DNA of 35,617 bases, taken from Chiloscyllium plagiosum. Lineage: Eukaryota. The DNA lies in the NCBI RefSeq assembly GCF_004010195.1, contig NC_057754.1, positions 10,554,289-10,589,905 on the forward strand, in the 5' to 3' direction. The position numbers were made by a program, and so were the translations under genes. The notes below the pieces were generated by a model, which made no database searches, had not been told where the DNA came from, and was given only the letters and a program-made list of their open reading frames with translations. Of this stretch, positions 34,883 to 35,617 are shown piece by piece (position 1 is the stretch's first letter; each line of letters begins with the position of its first letter).

Positions 34883-35617
34883 CTTTCCTGAGGTATTTTC
34901 AGGTGACTGTCAAACATATCAAAACAAAAGACCCAGAGGTATTGGATGCCATTGGTGTGGATTAAGTCGCCTGCTGCAGGAATGATTGGCACAGTGGCCA
35001 TTTTAGTGACTCTGTGGCATTATGGGAAGTTGAAGAGCAGACTCCAGTAATCCCCTGACCTAGGAAGCCTCCACATAATTGTTGCTCAACTCTATATTCA
35101 GAGAGGTGTCCGTACAACACTGGGAGAGTGCCCTCTGTGTAGGGGAATGGTCTTTAATTGAAGCCAGCACTGCTAAACACTGAGTCGTCCTGAAAGGGGC
35201 CACTCAGCCCATTGCAGCTATACTGGCTCTTCAAATGAGCATCATTGGGCACTGCCAATCTCCTGCATTTTCCCTATCCCTACGGATTATTTCCATCCAA
35301 ATAATCATCAAATATCCTTTTAAATTCCTCAATTGAACTTGCCCCCACCATATATTTTGAGCAATGCATTCCGTAGGCTTGCTTCTCGTTGTGTGAAAAA
35401 GCATGGCCAGTTAGGCCGAAGGGCCTCTTTAGTTCTACATGCGATACAATACTATTGACAGTTTGACTAACATCTCAGAATACCACAATAATGGAAGTAA
35501 TGTTCAAAGGTTCTCATTCAAGGCATCATCTTGGCTGAGGAATTGAGAGACATGATCAAGCCTCAGATACACCTCAGTGGGAATGATCAGGGATGGTGGG
35601 AGGATATTCTAGCTGTG

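Overview
Repeat-rich vertebrate genomic DNA, almost certainly from a shark or ray, judged from HE1-type tRNA SINEs, CR1/HER1-like LINEs and Penelope-like elements (PLEs). I see no intact host protein-coding gene. Under the repeats lies a decayed cluster of C2H2 zinc-finger pseudogenes (four segments) mixed with at least five degenerate tRNA genes (Pro, Arg, Glu, Thr, Phe). Points worth a second look: (1) a tRNA-Pro(UGG) relic with a 13-nt insert exactly at the canonical 37/38 intron site; (2) four PLE insertions with 14-17 bp target-site duplications (TSDs), inverted ends and minimal hammerhead ribozyme cores; (3) a nested stack at 23.6-29.2 kb in which a Rex1 LINE carries an inverted copy of nearby DNA at its 5' junction plus an internal two-switch templated insertion; (4) a shared spacer behind two different tRNA isotypes. 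All alignments were done by eye and family names come from recalled consensus motifs. An assembly gap covers 24285-25162.
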